Shown piece by piece: positions 30,752 to 42,791 of a DNA stretch of 64,000 bases. The notes beneath the pieces were generated by a model that saw only the letters and a list, made by a program, of their open reading frames with translations, was not told the DNA's origin and ran no database searches. The translations under genes were made by a program, and so were the position numbers. Source of the DNA: Wickerhamiella versatilis (Eukaryota); NCBI GenBank assembly GCA_030867685.1, contig JAQOWU010000008.1, positions 1,798,001 to 1,862,000 on the forward strand, read 5' to 3'. Position 1 is the stretch's first letter. Every line of letters starts with the position of its first letter.

Positions 30752-31150
30752 ATGCCTTCGCCGTTGCCTCATCCAAAGATCGTCAAGAAGCACCCAAAGG
30801 TGTTCCGTCGCCACCACAGTGACCGCTACAAGCGGCTAGCTAACTCTGGCTGGCGTAAGCCGAGAGGTATTGACAATGCTGTCCGTCGTCGTTTTGACGG
30901 TCAGATTGCGATGCCCAAGATTGGTTACGGCTCTAACAAGCGCACCCGTCACATGAACCCACAGGGATTCAAGACCCTGGTGGTTTCAAATGTCGCTGAT
31001 CTAGAAGTCTTGCTAGTCAGCTCTCGTTCACACGCTGCTGAGATCGCCCACAATGTAAGTGCACCAAAACGGGTGCGTATTGTGGAGCGCGCTAAGGCAC
31101 TTGGTGTTAAGGTTACCAACCCGAAGGGCCGGGTTACTCTTGAGGCGTAA
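30752..31150 (+). CDS. RPL32: 60S ribosomal protein L32 (eL32)
   Basis: [38 protein letters not shown]. Confidence 0.98.
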   Translation: MPSPLPHPKIVKKHPKVFRRHHSDRYKRLANSGWRKPRGIDNAVRRRFDGQIAMPKIGYGSNKRTRHMNPQGFKTLVVSNVADLEVLLVSSRSHAAEIAHNVSAPKRVRIVERAKALGVKVTNPKGRVTLEA

Positions 31151-31237
31151 GGAGGACCTGGATTCGTGCGGAGTGTGCATAAAATAATATAGCTAGCTAG
31201 TGATGAATCCCTATCATGGAGTTAGTCAGCGTCCGAA

Positions 31238-31900
31238 ATGCCGGATATTAAGTTGGGACCCGATAGACTTCAAACATTTTGGGTTAGAGAGGAACCAGAG
31301 TCTCAGTGTGGTGGTAGATGGTTAGTGGTTATACATGGTGGCTTGTGGCAAGATCCGCGAATCAACCGTATGAATGCCAATCACCTGCTAGCAACGCTAG
31401 GCTCATCTTCTCGATTTCAGGGGGCCGCAAGTTTAGACTATCGTCTTTCTCCTTCCGTGAAACACCCAGCGCATTACAATGATGTTGCGGATCAAATGAA
31501 GTGTCTGATTAATTTGTATAGGCCAGAGAGTATCGTCTTAGTTGGACATAGTGCCGGTGCCTTCCTAGCAGCTCAGCTGGTACCCAATTTTCCGCATATT
31601 GAACATTGTGTCGGCCTCGAGGGCATATATGATCTTCGTAGTCTTGTTGATGAATATCCTGATTATCGGCCTGCCATAGAGAATGCATTTGGACCCGATT
31701 CTACCCATTGGCCCCAATTAGAGAAAGCTGATATCCCTTACACATTGGTTCAAAGCTCAAAAGATGAATATTTAAGTCTTAAACAGACAGAAATATTCGC
31801 CAAGAAGACTGAGGCGACTATTATAGTTTTAAGCCAAGGCAGACATGATGAGGTATTTGAGGCAGTTGATCTTAGGAAGTATCTATCAGATATTTTTTAA
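31238..31900 (+). CDS. BNA7: Kynurenine formamidase (alpha/beta hydrolase)
   Basis: HGGLWQDP, DYRLSP, GHSAG, GIYDL. Confidence 0.8.
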   Translation: MPDIKLGPDRLQTFWVREEPESQCGGRWLVVIHGGLWQDPRINRMNANHLLATLGSSSRFQGAASLDYRLSPSVKHPAHYNDVADQMKCLINLYRPESIVLVGHSAGAFLAAQLVPNFPHIEHCVGLEGIYDLRSLVDEYPDYRPAIENAFGPDSTHWPQLEKADIPYTLVQSSKDEYLSLKQTEIFAKKTEATIIVLSQGRHDEVFEAVDLRKYLSDIF

Positions 31901-32138
31901 TTGTAGCGTATGTACTCTATTTAGCCCGATACAGGTAAGTTGCTTGAGCTTTACAGTCTGGCGAATTGGCTGCCTCGCGGTATGATCAGTCTGCAAAATA
32001 CATTGACTCATTGTATCGCTTATGATTTTAAAATTAAATCTAGTGCACAGTAAATTTATTGTAAAGAGCTTCGAGGGAGTTAGTTACTAGTTGATATGTG
32101 TTAGCGATGATCCTGCAGCCAGGGATTACACTGTCAGC

Positions 32139-34619
32139 ATGAGCGGTCTTCTAGGGGTGCTCCGTGATACTGCGGCGCACCTCTTTGAGGAGCGTACTCA
32201 GACAAAGGAGAAAGTAGACAATGACTTCCGGCGTCGCTATCGTCTTCCAGTACCTGAGACAAATATGTCCAGCGCGTATGCTCAGGTTGCTGTCGTTCCG
32301 CCCGAAGACTTGATCAAAAATAAAGAGAACCCTGCTGAGGAAGGACGTCTTATAATCACTGAAAGCTTTTTAATATTTGATTGCTACGAAGACACTAGAG
32401 CACTTTCATTTGTGCTACCATTGGTCACTGTGCGTAAGGTGGAGAGGCTACCTTCTAGATCGTCTCTGTTTGCTTTACATGTGGTTCTTTATCAAGATAT
32501 CGCATTAATTATTCAGTTCATGAATTTGTTCAGTCAAACAGAGGAATTCTGCTCGGTTCTCAAGAGCAATCTGAGAGCTAACGTACCATTGGCTAAACCG
32601 TTGAGGCAAATAACCAATACTTTTTTCTCTGAGTGGTTAGTACGGCGAAATATTCCGGTACCTCTTTGTGGTCTAGGTCAAGAGTTTGGATATCCTGGAG
32701 ATCCGGTACAACTTCACGACAAGGCCAAAATGCGTCTCTGGTTTGAGTACTTCCGGACACATGGACGTAACATTGGCCTTGTGAGACAACATCAGTTCTT
32801 TAAATTGGTTCGAGTGGGACTACCTAATCGCTTGAGAGGTGAAATTTGGGAGCTTTGTTCTGGTTCCGTCCATTTGCGTATGAAGAGTTCATCGGTGTAC
32901 CGCAGCATTCTAGAGGATGCAGAGGGTAAGAATTCACTTGCAGTTGAGGAGATTGAAAAAGATCTTCGCCGCTCGTTACCAGACTATGCAGGCTACCAGT
33001 CTGCAGAAGGTATTAGTCGATTACGCCGGGTGTTGGTAGCTTACAGTTGGATGTGCCCAGAAGTTGGCTATTGCCAGGCAATGAACATAGTTGCAGCCGG
33101 GCTCTTAATATTCCAGAGTGAGGAGCAGGCATTTTGGACTATTGATGTTCTCTGCAATAGGATGCTACCCGGCTATTATTCGCGCACAATGGCAGGCACC
33201 CTCCTTGATCAAAAGGTGCTCGAGTGCATTCTTGAGCGTACCATGCCTATTTTGTGGAATCATCTGGTAGCCACAGATGTACCCCTTAGTGTTGTAAGTC
33301 TCCCGTGGTTTTTGTCATTGTTTGTGAATTCCATGCCTATTGTCTATGCTTTCAGGATTATGGACATTTTCTTCCTGGATGGCGCTAGGACTCTTTTCCA
33401 GGTAGCTCTTGCGATATTGCGCGTTAATGGTGAAGCTCTTCTTAAGGCTGAGGACAATACTGCCATTATAAACATTTTAAAGCATTATTTCGAAACACTG
33501 GATCACCAGATTCCTACCGCAACAGGAAGATCAATAACAAAGTTCCAGGAGCTTATGGTTATCGCGTTTAAGGAATTTGGGCCGGTTGTGACTGACCAGG
33601 TAATAGAGGAATATCGTGCTCGACATGAAAGAGAAGTCCGTGAGAACATTGAGCAATTCGCGAAGCGAACTCAATTGAGAAACCTTAAGAAACCCCACTT
33701 CTTGACCCGTGACGAGATGGGTGTAGTGTATGATAAATTTTTCTCCGTGGTGACAGAGAGCAAGCCAGATCTTAGCCATACCCAATTTGTGACGTTCATG
33801 AGCGGGTTGGTCGACTGGATGCAGCCTAAGTATGCTGAACGGTCAGAGCTAGAGAAACATTCTTTTGTGCACCGATTATTTACTTTATGGGATACTGAGT
33901 CGCAAAATTCACTCTCGCTTCAAAATGTGATGAGCGGTCTCGATGGGATGGTGAATCCCGACATGATGGAACTTATCAATTGGTTTTTTGGTTTATGGAA
34001 TAACACTAAGATCACCTCGCAACAAGATATCCTTGAGATGGCTGATGCATTACTCTTGATAATGCGACCTTTTTGCAACCGTCCGATGATTATAGACCCA
34101 GTAAGCTTGCGATTATTGGATGAAGGTGAAGATCCTGATCTAATTGAGCAGCAGCAGTCGGCAAGATACCTGGGTGCAGCATCATCTTTTATTCAACGTG
34201 CATTTGAGGTTGCAAATATGAGGTCAGTAGTGCCCTCGGTAAGTGGAGAGGGCCGCGCATCTGCAGAGAACCCACCGGAACTTATCGCTATCGAGCCGAC
34301 GGTTGAAAAAGAAGATGCAGGACTCACCCTTCCTCATTTCAGAATGGTAGTTCTTGCTGATGAAACACTTGAGCTTCTATTTTCCGGTGCATTTAGATCA
34401 ATGATCCACTTGACTTCTCTGGGAACAGGAGTTCTTGAAGTTCAGCAAGGCGGCACGAGAGCATTCCGCGGAGTTGTCGAAAGCCTCGTCCAAGATGGAA
34501 TGCGTCTTGCAGGCGGAATTAGACGCAGAATCGATGCTCTTGATAAACAGTCAGCCCAAGACGAGGCTGATGACGACATGCAGGTCCGTGCAGCTGATAG
34601 GGCACTACTAGACGTTTGA
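32139..34619 (+). CDS. MDR1: Rab GTPase-activating protein (GRAM + TBC), Mdr1/Gyp2
   Basis: GLPNRLRGEIWE, EIEKDLRRS, GYCQAMN; first ATG at 32139. Confidence 0.9.
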   Translation: MSGLLGVLRDTAAHLFEERTQTKEKVDNDFRRRYRLPVPETNMSSAYAQVAVVPPEDLIKNKENPAEEGRLIITESFLIFDCYEDTRALSFVLPLVTVRKVERLPSRSSLFALHVVLYQDIALIIQFMNLFSQTEEFCSVLKSNLRANVPLAKPLRQITNTFFSEWLVRRNIPVPLCGLGQEFGYPGDPVQLHDKAKMRLWFEYFRTHGRNIGLVRQHQFFKLVRVGLPNRLRGEIWELCSGSVHLRMKSSSVYRSILEDAEGKNSLAVEEIEKDLRRSLPDYAGYQSAEGISRLRRVLVAYSWMCPEVGYCQAMNIVAAGLLIFQSEEQAFWTIDVLCNRMLPGYYSRTMAGTLLDQKVLECILERTMPILWNHLVATDVPLSVVSLPWFLSLFVNSMPIVYAFRIMDIFFLDGARTLFQVALAILRVNGEALLKAEDNTAIINILKHYFETLDHQIPTATGRSITKFQELMVIAFKEFGPVVTDQVIEEYRARHEREVRENIEQFAKRTQLRNLKKPHFLTRDEMGVVYDKFFSVVTESKPDLSHTQFVTFMSGLVDWMQPKYAERSELEKHSFVHRLFTLWDTESQNSLSLQNVMSGLDGMVNPDMMELINWFFGLWNNTKITSQQDILEMADALLLIMRPFCNRPMIIDPVSLRLLDEGEDPDLIEQQQSARYLGAASSFIQRAFEVANMRSVVPSVSGEGRASAENPPELIAIEPTVEKEDAGLTLPHFRMVVLADETLELLFSGAFRSMIHLTSLGTGVLEVQQGGTRAFRGVVESLVQDGMRLAGGIRRRIDALDKQSAQDEADDDMQVRAADRALLDV

Positions 34620-34763
34620 TGCTTCCATTATATGAAGCACCTAAATGAAGGTGATAAGATACCATGCAGAATTATATTTTTTTACGAATATTCAACATCT
34701 CCGATTGGACTATACGACGTGAGGAAGGAGCGCTAGATTTCTAAAAAATTATGTGAATAAAGA

Positions 34764-36599
34764 TTAAACTCTTCGAAACAAACGCTTGAAAAGACCTTGC
34801 TTCTTCGATTTATGCGGTTTTGGTAATTGTTCACTGGAAGCCCGGTGGCCTAGCAAAACCGTGGCGGGTGTATTCGGGGAAAATACTTCGCGTAGGGTTA
34901 GTTTATCTTTCTTACCACCCGTACTCCTACCTTTCGAAGTCTTCTTACTTGAGAATATCTGGTGGCCTTCGTCTTCTGAATCGGATTCGGCAATCCTTGA
35001 CCGGAATCCACCACCTGTAACAACTCCATGATGTTGTTGCATGGACGGTGGCTCACCTGCTAGCAGAGCTGACGGATCTGGCCTTTCTGTATTACGGAGA
35101 GAATAGCTCCGAAATCCAGCACCAAGCTGCGGTATTGATTGCGAAGGCGCTGGTCCGGTGCGACTGGTTAAGGAATTCTTACGGGCTGCAGGCCCTCCAC
35201 CGTTCGACCTCAATGAGCCCATCATACGAGGTGTATCCCTGACTGTATTACCATTAACATTAGGTCTCGCGTTTCTCCTCCTGCTTCCTCCACCTCTTTC
35301 GCGCTTGAATGATGAATCTGAACCTACACTTGCATTATCGTCGTCCAACCGCGAATATACTCCTTGGGCAAGACCTACTGCTTGTGCCCTCAATTCTGCC
35401 TGCGCGTCATATTCTTCCACGTTACCATCAGGGAAGGACATCCGAGGGCGCAGAGAAGATTTCTTTGGCGGTTTTATTGGGGTAACACTTCCTTCTGCAG
35501 GATCGGCAGCATCTGAGTATATGCTGTCGCTATCATTATCGTTCTCAATATCTGCAGAAACACCCCTCGACTTATTTTGTACCGCTGTCCATGGACGTTG
35601 ATATACAGGATTCTGCGAAGGGGCGCGAATAACAGTCGACTGCTGCTTAGCTCCAGTCGCTTGAGGCTGTCTTGGCTTAGGCTCTGACGGATTATATCTA
35701 GCAGCAGCAGCAGCGGCAGCAGCTCCTGGTGGTTTACTAGGAGGCGAAGGATCTTCATCAACCGAGAAGTCGTACGAGTCGTAAACGAATTCCTTCGTAG
35801 TATCGCCAAAGCTTACCTTGGATGGTCTGTGTTCAAGGACAGAGTCAGACTGTCGTAGAGCAGACTTTTTTGATGTCAGAGGACGACGATCGGGCTGGGG
35901 TTGTCTCGGCGACTCTTCAATTTCATAGTCAGCACTAAACTCATCAGCTTCTTCCTGGATGGGCTCTTCTAAAATAGTGTCATTTTCAGGAATTCTAGCA
36001 AGCTCACTATCAAAGCTATGCAGAGAGTCTGCATAACCTGGTCTTCGTAGAGAACCGCTCGAAGACGCATTGCGTACACCTCCCATAGGCGTCTGATGCG
36101 TGCTAACCAGTTCAAATGCTCCGAGCTGTCGGACAGTGGTTGTTGTGAGGCTCAATGTACGACCCCCACTGTCGCGATTTACGACAGTATAACTACGATC
36201 TAGCGAGTTCGCCCGATTTAAAGAATTTGATCTTCTAGGCGCTGTATGCACATACGGTCTGTTCGCACTTGATCCTACAGTAGGTCTTCGGTTAATCCCA
36301 GAAGCTGCGATAGCCCGTTGATATGCTCGGGATGTTCCGGATGTAAGGCTGTTTGCTCTACGCACCCCACCAGAATAACCGGCGACACCGTTTCCACCGG
36401 GAAACCGAGCTATTGCATCTGCGCCGTTGTTATCAAGTGAATGCCTCCGGAGGGCTTCCGCGGCTGCAGAGGAGGAGAGCATTGGCCCCGTCTGGCGGCC
36501 ATAGGATGCTGCGGCAGCGGCACTTGCTGCAGAAGGAGTACTCAATCCACTATTAAGTGAGTTGCTTCGATCATATGTTCGGGTTCTCCGACGAAACAT
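34764..36599 (-). CDS. Low-complexity S/R/A-rich protein, possibly eisosome Seg1/Msc3-like
   Basis: 611-aa ORF; SAAAAA motifs, TLSLTTTTVR, SDSSFKRER, basic C-terminus FKRLFRR. Confidence 0.5.
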   Translation of the reverse strand: MFRRRTRTYDRSNSLNSGLSTPSAASAAAAASYGRQTGPMLSSSAAAEALRRHSLDNNGADAIARFPGGNGVAGYSGGVRRANSLTSGTSRAYQRAIAASGINRRPTVGSSANRPYVHTAPRRSNSLNRANSLDRSYTVVNRDSGGRTLSLTTTTVRQLGAFELVSTHQTPMGGVRNASSSGSLRRPGYADSLHSFDSELARIPENDTILEEPIQEEADEFSADYEIEESPRQPQPDRRPLTSKKSALRQSDSVLEHRPSKVSFGDTTKEFVYDSYDFSVDEDPSPPSKPPGAAAAAAAARYNPSEPKPRQPQATGAKQQSTVIRAPSQNPVYQRPWTAVQNKSRGVSADIENDNDSDSIYSDAADPAEGSVTPIKPPKKSSLRPRMSFPDGNVEEYDAQAELRAQAVGLAQGVYSRLDDDNASVGSDSSFKRERGGGSRRRNARPNVNGNTVRDTPRMMGSLRSNGGGPAARKNSLTSRTGPAPSQSIPQLGAGFRSYSLRNTERPDPSALLAGEPPSMQQHHGVVTGGGFRSRIAESDSEDEGHQIFSSKKTSKGRSTGGKKDKLTLREVFSPNTPATVLLGHRASSEQLPKPHKSKKQGLFKRLFRRV

Positions 36600-37123
36600 T
36601 CACGAATATGCAACTAGCAACAGCTACGGTAGTGGTCAAAGAACTGTTGTTTTGTATGACAAAACAGTATTTTCGGTTAGGTGGCTGCGTCAGCGTGGTT
36701 AGGGGAGCAGTTGAGTGAAATGAGAACATGTCAAGGAAATGAAAACAAATGACTACATATAACTACACGGTGCCTATAGAATGCAGATATTATGGGATTA
36801 CCTCAAATCTTCAGAAAATAGCATTGAATATTGTGCCACTCAGCTCAAGTGCCAAGCCAAATATTAGTCTCCCAGTGTCTTTCTTAAATAGGAAAGCACT
36901 ACGTATTTTTCTCAAGATATTTTTCTGTTGCTGCAAATGGTGCAACCAAAGGTAAATGCTACTAGAATTGAAATGGTACCGAGTTGCAACACAAATGTAC
37001 CATATCTCAAAGTCTAGGGGATCATAGAAGATCCTTTTTTTGTATGATATCCTCTCAGCTAACTGATTAATGAGAAGAGATCCAGTGATACGGCATATTA
37101 ATTTCATGAATTTGTATCCACTT

Positions 37124-38032
37124 TTAGCGACTGTGATTACCGCGTGCCATACGCCGCGCGAGACGTCGCGCACGCCGCGATCGCGAAGAGATGTCCCTAC
37201 TAGAGTTGCGATAAGAGTCTACAGCCCTCTGTATGAGCCCCCGACGGCGCATCAGTTCCGGATTAAGATAAGACAGACGCCAACCAAGCTCATTGCATAT
37301 AGTCTCGTAGCGCTGTCGGTGGCCTTTGTACTCTTCTGGTGGGACCATCGCTTTAGGGTACACACAATTTTCTTCCTTGAAACGTTTGCTTAAGCTTGAT
37401 TCATCCACAGAGTCAATATCACATCGAATATTATAAGTCCATGCTAATCTGTCGCGTGTGTATTCGAAGGTCATCCATTTTACCCCCTCGGCATCAACTC
37501 TTGTAGTTATATTATCCTGGCCAAAATATGCATTAGGATCTCTGTGAATTGACTGGCCGTATACTGTGAGATTATCTAGGTCCTTCTCGGGCCTGGTGGT
37601 AGTATTCCGTCTAAGTTCCAGGCTGGATCTCGTGCCTGTATGCAAATATTGTTGGAGATTACGGCCTTCATATCCCATGTAGCTATGTCTTCTCCCCATA
37701 AATGGATAAGGAGATGGTGGTGGGGGTGGATAGAATTCAGGATGATCCCATGAAAATGAAGGTAAGTCTAAAGGAAATGGTCCGGCAGCCATGCCTGCAC
37801 CAATGTTGCGTGCCGCAAGCTGTCCATCTACAGGGGTTGGTATCGTCGTGGAGTCAAAAGAGCCTGCTTCACTGAATACCAAAGGGACTTGACTCAGAGG
37901 TTCTCCTGAGGTCGTATTTGCGTCAGCCTCCTCGTCACCGCCATCCCCATCGGTCTCGGTGAGATCACCCACCAAACCATCTATGGATCCATTATCACCT
38001 AGCTGTCCCATTCCATAGATCCGATCGCCCAT
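37124..38032 (-). CDS. Conserved fungal protein of unknown function
   Basis: Conserved-looking C-terminal block (IRCDIDSVD, NCVYPKA, YETICNELGWRL, RGLIQRAVDSYRN) after an acidic disordered N-terminus. Confidence 0.7.
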   Translation of the reverse strand: MGDRIYGMGQLGDNGSIDGLVGDLTETDGDGGDEEADANTTSGEPLSQVPLVFSEAGSFDSTTIPTPVDGQLAARNIGAGMAAGPFPLDLPSFSWDHPEFYPPPPPSPYPFMGRRHSYMGYEGRNLQQYLHTGTRSSLELRRNTTTRPEKDLDNLTVYGQSIHRDPNAYFGQDNITTRVDAEGVKWMTFEYTRDRLAWTYNIRCDIDSVDESSLSKRFKEENCVYPKAMVPPEEYKGHRQRYETICNELGWRLSYLNPELMRRRGLIQRAVDSYRNSSRDISSRSRRARRLARRMARGNHSR

Positions 38033-38980
38033 TGCTTGATCAGCAGTCAAAAAAGCTCCTTATACGCAAGGCTTGACAGGGTTAGCTTGACCCATGTCTG
38101 CCCTTGCCCTACATGTAATATCGCGGGGCATGGGCACCGCCTAAAGCTATGAAGGTGGTGGATTTCTTCGTTTTGAAGCAGATATTCAAAAATTATGACG
38201 TTTTCTATGTCTATACTGGTGGTTCCTTGCATAATTTCTCCGCAATGCTTGGTCAAAATAGAATACTAGGGTTTAAAATTGAGGTACGACAATCAGGAGA
38301 GCCCTGTCCGACAAGGTAATAATGATCCTGATATGACGATGCACTCACGGAGGGTCACATATGCATAGATGTAAGAGGAGTTATTGAAAAAAAAAGAATT
38401 TTCTGAGTTCTCCTGGGAAAGAGAGAGGAAAATCAATTTTGCTGCTAACATCATAGTCAAGTTGAAACGGCTATTTATTTTTTGGGGAAAAATGCAAGGT
38501 ACTTAAATGCAATATTTGTTCGAAATAAAACTAAGAAAAAAGATCACAGGATTCATGGCTTTTTTAAATGTAAAGTGAAGCACTGCTGGCAGATTATAGG
38601 CTTGGAAAAATGTGTACAGAAGACATTGCATACACTCCTTCACTAGACACTATAACCCCTATCGCTTAAACATGCTTGAACATGCCGTGTATGCAACTCT
38701 AATCATGGAAATGTGTAGCCCGTTATTTTGAAGTTCACATATACAGTGCCAAACAATCAACAGATACTAAGTGGTAAGCGGTTTACGTACATAAAAAAGC
38801 TTAAACATAAAAGTGTTTGTCAGGAATTTGATGCACAGAGACATCCAGTATCACAAAAGACACTGGCGAATGTCAGCTGACCAAATGTAGACTAGCTTTG
38901 AAATAAAGCATCATACCAGAACAGCAAGAATGGAGAACCTTGTGACAGAGAGGATTACATTAAGACGAGAAAAAAATAAT

Positions 38981-40006
38981 TTAGTTGTCAGGCACTGCTG
39001 TATCAAGAATTTGACACACATCCGGTATAACAGGCTTTGAGAGGTCTTCCAGAAAGGGAAGCATCTCCAGAAGCTCATTGTCATGCATGTCACTAAACCA
39101 CGAAGAAACTGGGATTGCATTAGCTGGCTGTAGGACATAAGATGCCGGCGAATTGTCCACAATGATAATGTCGGAAAGGGGCCTACCAAGAATGGACAAG
39201 TTCTTTACGTAGTTCCCCTCATAATTAGAACAAGATTCGCGGAATAGCCTGTGGTGTACCAGTCCACTTTTGTCCAGATGGTCAAGCAACGGATTACCAT
39301 ACTTCGCCACACTTGCAGTGAATACGACGACCTCAAACATGGATGAAACACGCTTCAGGAATTCATCCACTCCCGGCCGCTTGATCACAAATACATCGTG
39401 AACTACACCATCTATTTCCACAGGAATAACAAAGTCGGCTTCACCCAGGTACTTGAAGGATGAATGTACCAGGGTTTCATCGAGATCGACCACAAGGCAC
39501 TTAAGACCTTGATATTTGGGACTAATCTCAGGTAACAAAGGTCCTATAGGTTCCTGAGAGCCAGATTCAGTGTCCTCTATAATATCTTCTCCCACAGAAG
39601 GCGTTACTTCCTCGCCTACTGGAGTACTGTCGCCCGAAATCGTCAGCCTGGACTCTGATCCATGCGTGGTGCCATATAAGGACCTTCGAGCTGCAATACG
39701 ATCAGTATCCCCATCACTTTGAGCATATTCTAGGGGGAATGCGGTGGACGGCGGTCGCTGGTGGGTTCGTAGTCGTTCAGCAGTCAAACTAGAACTGCCT
39801 CTACGAAGTGGGATCGGTAGAGTATGGGAAGTACCGTCTTCTTTTTGCTCTTGGCGGTACTCTCTCCGAGCTGAATGTTGCTGGGCACTTTTCTGAGGTG
39901 CATGCCCTTTGCCAACTGACGCTGGCGGCGCGTGCTGTTCACTGGGGGCGTCCCTATTCTGCAACCAGGGACAACAAAGCGTTAAAAGCTTTGAAAATGC
40001 GGCCAT
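38981..40006 (-). CDS. PSR1: SCP/NIF HAD-family phosphatase Psr1/Psr2
   Basis: [32 protein letters not shown]-terminal CC. Confidence 0.92.
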   Translation of the reverse strand: MAAFSKLLTLCCPWLQNRDAPSEQHAPPASVGKGHAPQKSAQQHSARREYRQEQKEDGTSHTLPIPLRRGSSSLTAERLRTHQRPPSTAFPLEYAQSDGDTDRIAARRSLYGTTHGSESRLTISGDSTPVGEEVTPSVGEDIIEDTESGSQEPIGPLLPEISPKYQGLKCLVVDLDETLVHSSFKYLGEADFVIPVEIDGVVHDVFVIKRPGVDEFLKRVSSMFEVVVFTASVAKYGNPLLDHLDKSGLVHHRLFRESCSNYEGNYVKNLSILGRPLSDIIIVDNSPASYVLQPANAIPVSSWFSDMHDNELLEMLPFLEDLSKPVIPDVCQILDTAVPDN

Positions 40007-40368
40007 AGGCCCGTATATCTAAAGAGTGAGAATAAAAAGAATGAATTCGCCTCCAATACTATGGCGTCCTGTCTTTGACTGTTTTGTCAGCGAGTTCGCA
40101 AGAGTCAGCCTTCTCGTGGGCCTTCGAGTTGGACCAACTTAGTAAATTCTAACTACCAGCTTAAATGTTTTCCATCAAAAAAAATCATGATAAAACCTCA
40201 GATAAAACACGAGTGACCTGCAGGAGGTGCCAATACCGGTTGTCCTGAAACACCCCTACCCTAAGTAAACAGCTCCCCGAATATAAACTATCAGTTGTAA
40301 TCAGAGAGCACCGATAACATAAATATAAATCTCTACGTCGAAATAATAGTAATTCACTTAAATACCAA

Positions 40369-42396
40369 TCAGAGCTTAGTTCTCCCTAGATCTCGTTCAA
40401 TTTTTCCAGCTATAACATGTGCCGCGGCCATACAGGTAACCATGGGATTCACACCGGAGGCTGCGGGAAATATGGAAGTGTCGGCAACGTAGATCCCAGG
40501 GCATTCCCAGAGTCTCCCCTTTGCATCCACAACCCCCTTTGCGGGACCCTCTGCGTTCATACGGCAGGTCCCCATTTGATGTGCTGATCCAAAAGCAGTG
40601 TTATGTTTATCAAAAACTGTTTTCGCAGCTTTATCACGCCACAGAGCATAATCAGCATCACTAAGTGTACGTTTCTCACGGGGTAGAGTGGGTTCAAAAC
40701 TGGGAATGTCGCTGTTGGACATAACTATGCATTTAGATCCTCCAATGTATTGGAGGTCTGCGGCTACAAGGCTGCCTTGACGTAGCGCCCAACGATCATA
40801 GTCGGACGGGGAGTATTGAATAAACGGCCGATTCGGTTCGGCGGGGTTATACAAAACACTGCCGTACTCACGGTCCCTCGTTATGACAAGGAGAGCGCTT
40901 AAAGATTGGTATCGTGCAACAAGGGCCTTTAGATCCTCTGGGGAACTACGCCACGGAAGAAACACGAAATGGAGAAATGGCAAGTGGTGCACAGCTTCAA
41001 TCTTGGGCCCATGATGCAGCCCATCCAAATTGTCGGACTGCGTACATACTGCTGTCATAATAGGATCGGTGCGTTTATTCACCTTAGCATCAAATTCCCC
41101 ATACACAAGAGTGACGGGGTGCAATCTTAGATACCTTCCAATATTTTCGTTGCTGAAGCCCGATCTTTTGAGCAGGAGTGGCGAGTGGAGGGCGCCAGCA
41201 CAAACTGCAACCCTTTTACAGCGAATTGTTCGAGCATGCTCTGAACCTTTCATTGCTAGCTCAACTCCGTGGACTTTCTCGCCGTTGTACAGAATTCGAA
41301 GTACTTCAGTGTCAGTAACAACCTGCGCACCGGCATCACAAGCGTCTTTGAGCCAATTAACCACCCCCCCTTTTTCGCCATGGCGATAGCCATACCCAAG
41401 AAAGTGACTATTCGGTAAATGCCCACCAGTATTTTGGCCTGTGACACTCGCCGGAAATTTGAGTTTCTGGGCAGAATCCAGGATCAGCTGGTTAGTGAAC
41501 GAGTGTGGCCGGCCGACGTCATTTGTAACTCCCATGACATCCCCAATAGATTCCAAGGCTTCGTTATATTCCGGACTAGAAAAAATAGGTGCTCCTAGCT
41601 CACTGAACTCATCCCGAATAAATTCTGGTGGTTGCAGACTACAACTCCAATTAACAGCCGCACCCCCACCAAATGTTGAGCCAGCAACCACTGTTGTGGA
41701 TACGTCGTGGCTAAATAAAACGGCTCCAGAATCATATGCTTTCCCATTGGCTTCGGGAAAGTCGGATGGTATATCTTCTGGTCCAACAAATTGTCCTTTC
41801 TCTACTATCAACACCCGCCAGCCAGCACGTGCAAGCCTTCTGGCAACAACTCCGCCTGAGGACCCACTTCCAACAATAACAACATCATACGTATCTGCCG
41901 TATCTATTATAGATGGTTTCCAGATTCTGGATTTAGTTAAGACGGCTAAATCTGGGTGTGGGTCATCATAGCCGATAGCCTTGAGTACTGCTGGATCATA
42001 GGCCAGCAATTGTACAGAAGCAATTCGCAAACTACGCCCAAGCTTACCAATTAATGGAATTGATGAGTTCAGCCATCTTGTCACGATAGCAGTGACTTGC
42101 TGGGGCTTCATCGAAGTCAAAGGCTGTGTCGATCTTGTGAGAAGCAAAGCAGCTGGACGAAAACTAAGTATTGAAAGAACACGCTTGAGATCACGGCTGG
42201 ACTGATCATCGAGTTTCTCGAATATAAAAGTCATGTGTTTACGAAAATTCTTCAGATCGGCTGGACTGACCTGGGCAATGAAATCACTGCTTTCACGATC
42301 GATAACTGGACTAATACATTTCGGGTTTACTGGAGCTATTATTCCTCCAATGAGTGCCTGAAGCGTAAGCCATTGACTATCCGTGAGGATAGACAT
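40369..42396 (-). CDS. FAO1: Long-chain fatty alcohol oxidase (GMC oxidoreductase)
   Basis: GSGSSGG, AGSTFGGGAAVNW, IGRYLRLHP, SAHQMGTCRM, ASGVNPM; C-terminal TKL. Confidence 0.9.
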   Translation of the reverse strand: MSILTDSQWLTLQALIGGIIAPVNPKCISPVIDRESSDFIAQVSPADLKNFRKHMTFIFEKLDDQSSRDLKRVLSILSFRPAALLLTRSTQPLTSMKPQQVTAIVTRWLNSSIPLIGKLGRSLRIASVQLLAYDPAVLKAIGYDDPHPDLAVLTKSRIWKPSIIDTADTYDVVIVGSGSSGGVVARRLARAGWRVLIVEKGQFVGPEDIPSDFPEANGKAYDSGAVLFSHDVSTTVVAGSTFGGGAAVNWSCSLQPPEFIRDEFSELGAPIFSSPEYNEALESIGDVMGVTNDVGRPHSFTNQLILDSAQKLKFPASVTGQNTGGHLPNSHFLGYGYRHGEKGGVVNWLKDACDAGAQVVTDTEVLRILYNGEKVHGVELAMKGSEHARTIRCKRVAVCAGALHSPLLLKRSGFSNENIGRYLRLHPVTLVYGEFDAKVNKRTDPIMTAVCTQSDNLDGLHHGPKIEAVHHLPFLHFVFLPWRSSPEDLKALVARYQSLSALLVITRDREYGSVLYNPAEPNRPFIQYSPSDYDRWALRQGSLVAADLQYIGGSKCIVMSNSDIPSFEPTLPREKRTLSDADYALWRDKAAKTVFDKHNTAFGSAHQMGTCRMNAEGPAKGVVDAKGRLWECPGIYVADTSIFPAASGVNPMVTCMAAAHVIAGKIERDLGRTKL

Positions 42397-42791
42397 GTAA
42401 AGTGCGGGGTAAGTTGAATGCTAATACAAACCTTGTGTTTATCTAATTTAAAGCATGGGTGGACACATTCGCAATTTCATTGTTCTATGGTAAAAAATTC
42501 CGTGGTGGAAGAGTGAAAATGAATCTGAGAGGGTAAAATGATACCTCGCGTGGCTCAGGGAAATCACATTTAGATCCCCTAGCGCCACTTACCCTAACAT
42601 CATAGTGTTAATCGTCAACACACGACCTGAGGGAGTTACTTGCCCGGAATAATTACTCTATGAGAGTGCAATTACCCCACATATATGATCCCACTTAAAT
42701 CTTTGCGCAAATTTAGCTTGGTCCAACCCTCAGACCTCTGTGTCACTAAGACTGTAAAGTCAGCAGCGAGAGAGATAGGGCTGCTCCAGGA

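Noticed and set aside
38050-38980. 930-bp gap as a hidden gene or ncRNA
   Set aside because: Only short non-informative ORFs, A/T tracts and an isolated GCTAAC without a convincing partner; consistent with a promoter plus 3' UTR.
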